This document shows positions 34,876 through 35,898 of a DNA stretch of 35,898 nucleotides, in pieces. Source of the DNA: Pyrinomonadaceae bacterium (GTDB lineage: Bacteria > Acidobacteriota > Blastocatellia > Pyrinomonadales > Pyrinomonadaceae); NCBI GenBank assembly GCA_040081695.1, contig JBEBGA010000001.1, forward strand, positions 1-35,898, given 5' to 3'. A model generated the notes under the pieces. The model searched no databases, was not told where the DNA came from, and was given only the letters and a program-made list of their open reading frames with translations. Made by a program: the position numbers and the translations under genes. Within the stretch, counting starts at the first letter, position 1; each line of letters opens with the position of its first letter.

Positions 34876-34906
34876 GCCGGATGCCGCAAAGCGTCCGGCC
34901 TTTTTG
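34876..34906 (+). terminator. rho-independent terminator after msrB
   Basis: GCCGGA (34876-34881) pairs with TCCGGC (34894-34899), followed by CTTTTTG. Confidence 0.7.
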
Positions 34907-34944
34907 ATTTCAGAGCCTTTCCCGCCTTGTGCTAAAGTTTGGTT

Positions 34945-35772
34945 ATGACCGGAGACGAGATCAGAGCAAAATTCCTCGATTATTTTGAGCGGAACGGGCA
35001 CAAGATTGTGCATTCATCGCCGCTTCTCCCCGCTAATGACCCGACGCTGTTATTTATCAACGCCGGGATGAATCAATTCAAAGACGTTTTTCTTGGACTA
35101 GAAAAACGCGACTACACCCGTGCCGTCACATCGCAAAAATGTATCCGCGCGGGCGGCAAGCACAACGATCTCGACGAGGTCGGCAAAACCGCCCGGCATC
35201 ATACTTTTTTTGAGATGCTAGGCAATTTTTCGTTTGGCGACTATTTTAAAGAAGACGCGATCCGTTTTGCCTGGGATCTGCTCGTCAACGAATTTGGGCT
35301 TGATACCGAGAGGTTGTGGTTCTCGGTTTTTGAGGGGGATGATCAGGTCGGCCCTGATGATGAGGCCCGCAAACTGTGGATCAAGGCCGGAGCAAAACCG
35401 GAACGCGTTTTAGGGTTTGGTAAGAAAGATAATTTCTGGCAAATGGGTGATACAGGACCGTGTGGGCCGTGTTCAGAGATCCATTATTATATGGGTGAGG
35501 ACGCGAGCGACCCGGAAAAGAATTCACCGCATTGGGTCAACGGCCCCGGTGACACGACCATGGAGATCTGGAATCTCGTGTTTATGCAATACAACCGCAC
35601 CCAGGAGCCTGATGGGTCATTTAAGCTTACTCCGCTACCTGCGCCCTCGGTCGATACCGGCATGGGGCTTGAGCGTATGACTGCCGTTATGCAGCACGTC
35701 AAGACAAACTACGACACCGACCTGATCCGCCCGATCGTCGAATTTGCGGCGAGCCTAAATCCAAATGTCTGA
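34945..35772 (+). pseudogene. alaS: alanine--tRNA ligase, N-terminal catalytic fragment only (truncated)
   Basis: ATG 34945 ([15 protein letters not shown]). AlaRS motifs [53 protein letters not shown] and [10 protein letters not shown]. Similarity ends at ...EFAASL, then NPNV and TGA at 35770-35772. Bacterial AlaRS is normally about 3 times longer. Confidence 0.8.
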
Positions 35773-35898
35773 TTCGATCAAAGTTCTCCTAGTCGAAAGC
35801 CAACCGCTCACCCGCATCGGCATTCGCACTGTACTATCAGCGGAGAAGGGTTTCGAGCTGACTAGCGAAATCGACAACGCCGCAGAAGGATTTGTGGC
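35765..35898 (+). CDS. response regulator receiver domain (5' partial, runs off the window)
   Basis: ATG 35765 opens [44 protein letters not shown], a typical NarL/FixJ-type receiver N-terminus. It overlaps the alaS-fragment stop by 8 nt. Confidence 0.6.
   Translation, partial: MSDSIKVLLVESQPLTRIGIRTVLSAEKGFELTSEIDNAAEGFV

Noticed and set aside
1-35898. I looked for mobile elements, prophage genes, toxin-antitoxin pairs, defence-system hallmarks (nucleases, helicases, methyltransferases, reverse transcriptase) and tRNA or rRNA genes.
   Set aside because: No ORF translation shows transposase, integrase, phage, restriction-modification or reverse-transcriptase motifs. The intergenic regions are too short for tRNA or rRNA genes and contain no cloverleaf-like sequence. 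The window looks like core chromosome, not an island.

Overview
This is about 36 kb of gene-dense bacterial chromosome with roughly 35 coding regions on both strands. Intergenic gaps are short and several gene pairs overlap at stop/start. All functional calls come from motifs I recognised in the supplied translations; no homology search was run. Gene content suggests a soil Acidobacteriota-like organism: a PATR beta-helix protein with a CarboxypepD_reg-like tail, a HEAT-cyclophilin fusion and a fused E1 alpha/beta. That taxonomic guess is inference only.

The content is mostly housekeeping and envelope functions:
- Redox and repair: a 2-Cys peroxiredoxin, OsmC, MsrB, two cyclophilins, truB, recX, a fused 2-oxoacid dehydrogenase E1 and an acyl-CoA dehydrogenase.
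- Hydrolases: an M1 peptidase, an amidohydrolase and several other hydrolases.
- Transport and membrane: an SLC13/TrkA-C permease.

I found no rRNA, tRNA, CRISPR array, transposase, integrase or phage genes, and no clearly novel multi-gene system.

Observations worth a second look:
1. A dispersed family of 10-bp-phased heptamer arrays (ATCTGYG x3 plus GCTAA). They sit directly against the start codons of two unrelated genes and also form terminator-like inverted repeats. A similarly phased TGGTCCA array lies upstream of the peroxiredoxin.
2. Two heptanucleotide tandem repeats inside truB.
3. An alaS gene that stops after about 275 codons and runs directly into a response-regulator gene.
4. A three-domain protein (winged-helix, alpha/beta hydrolase, class III cyclase-like) heading a tight operon with a flavin monooxygenase and a beta-lactamase-fold hydrolase.
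5. A small Cys-rich HTH-like protein translationally coupled to a 917-aa beta-helix protein.
6. A HEAT-cyclophilin fusion coupled to OsmC.

Start codons were adjusted from the ORF track where a signal peptide, an RBS or a non-ATG first codon argued for it.
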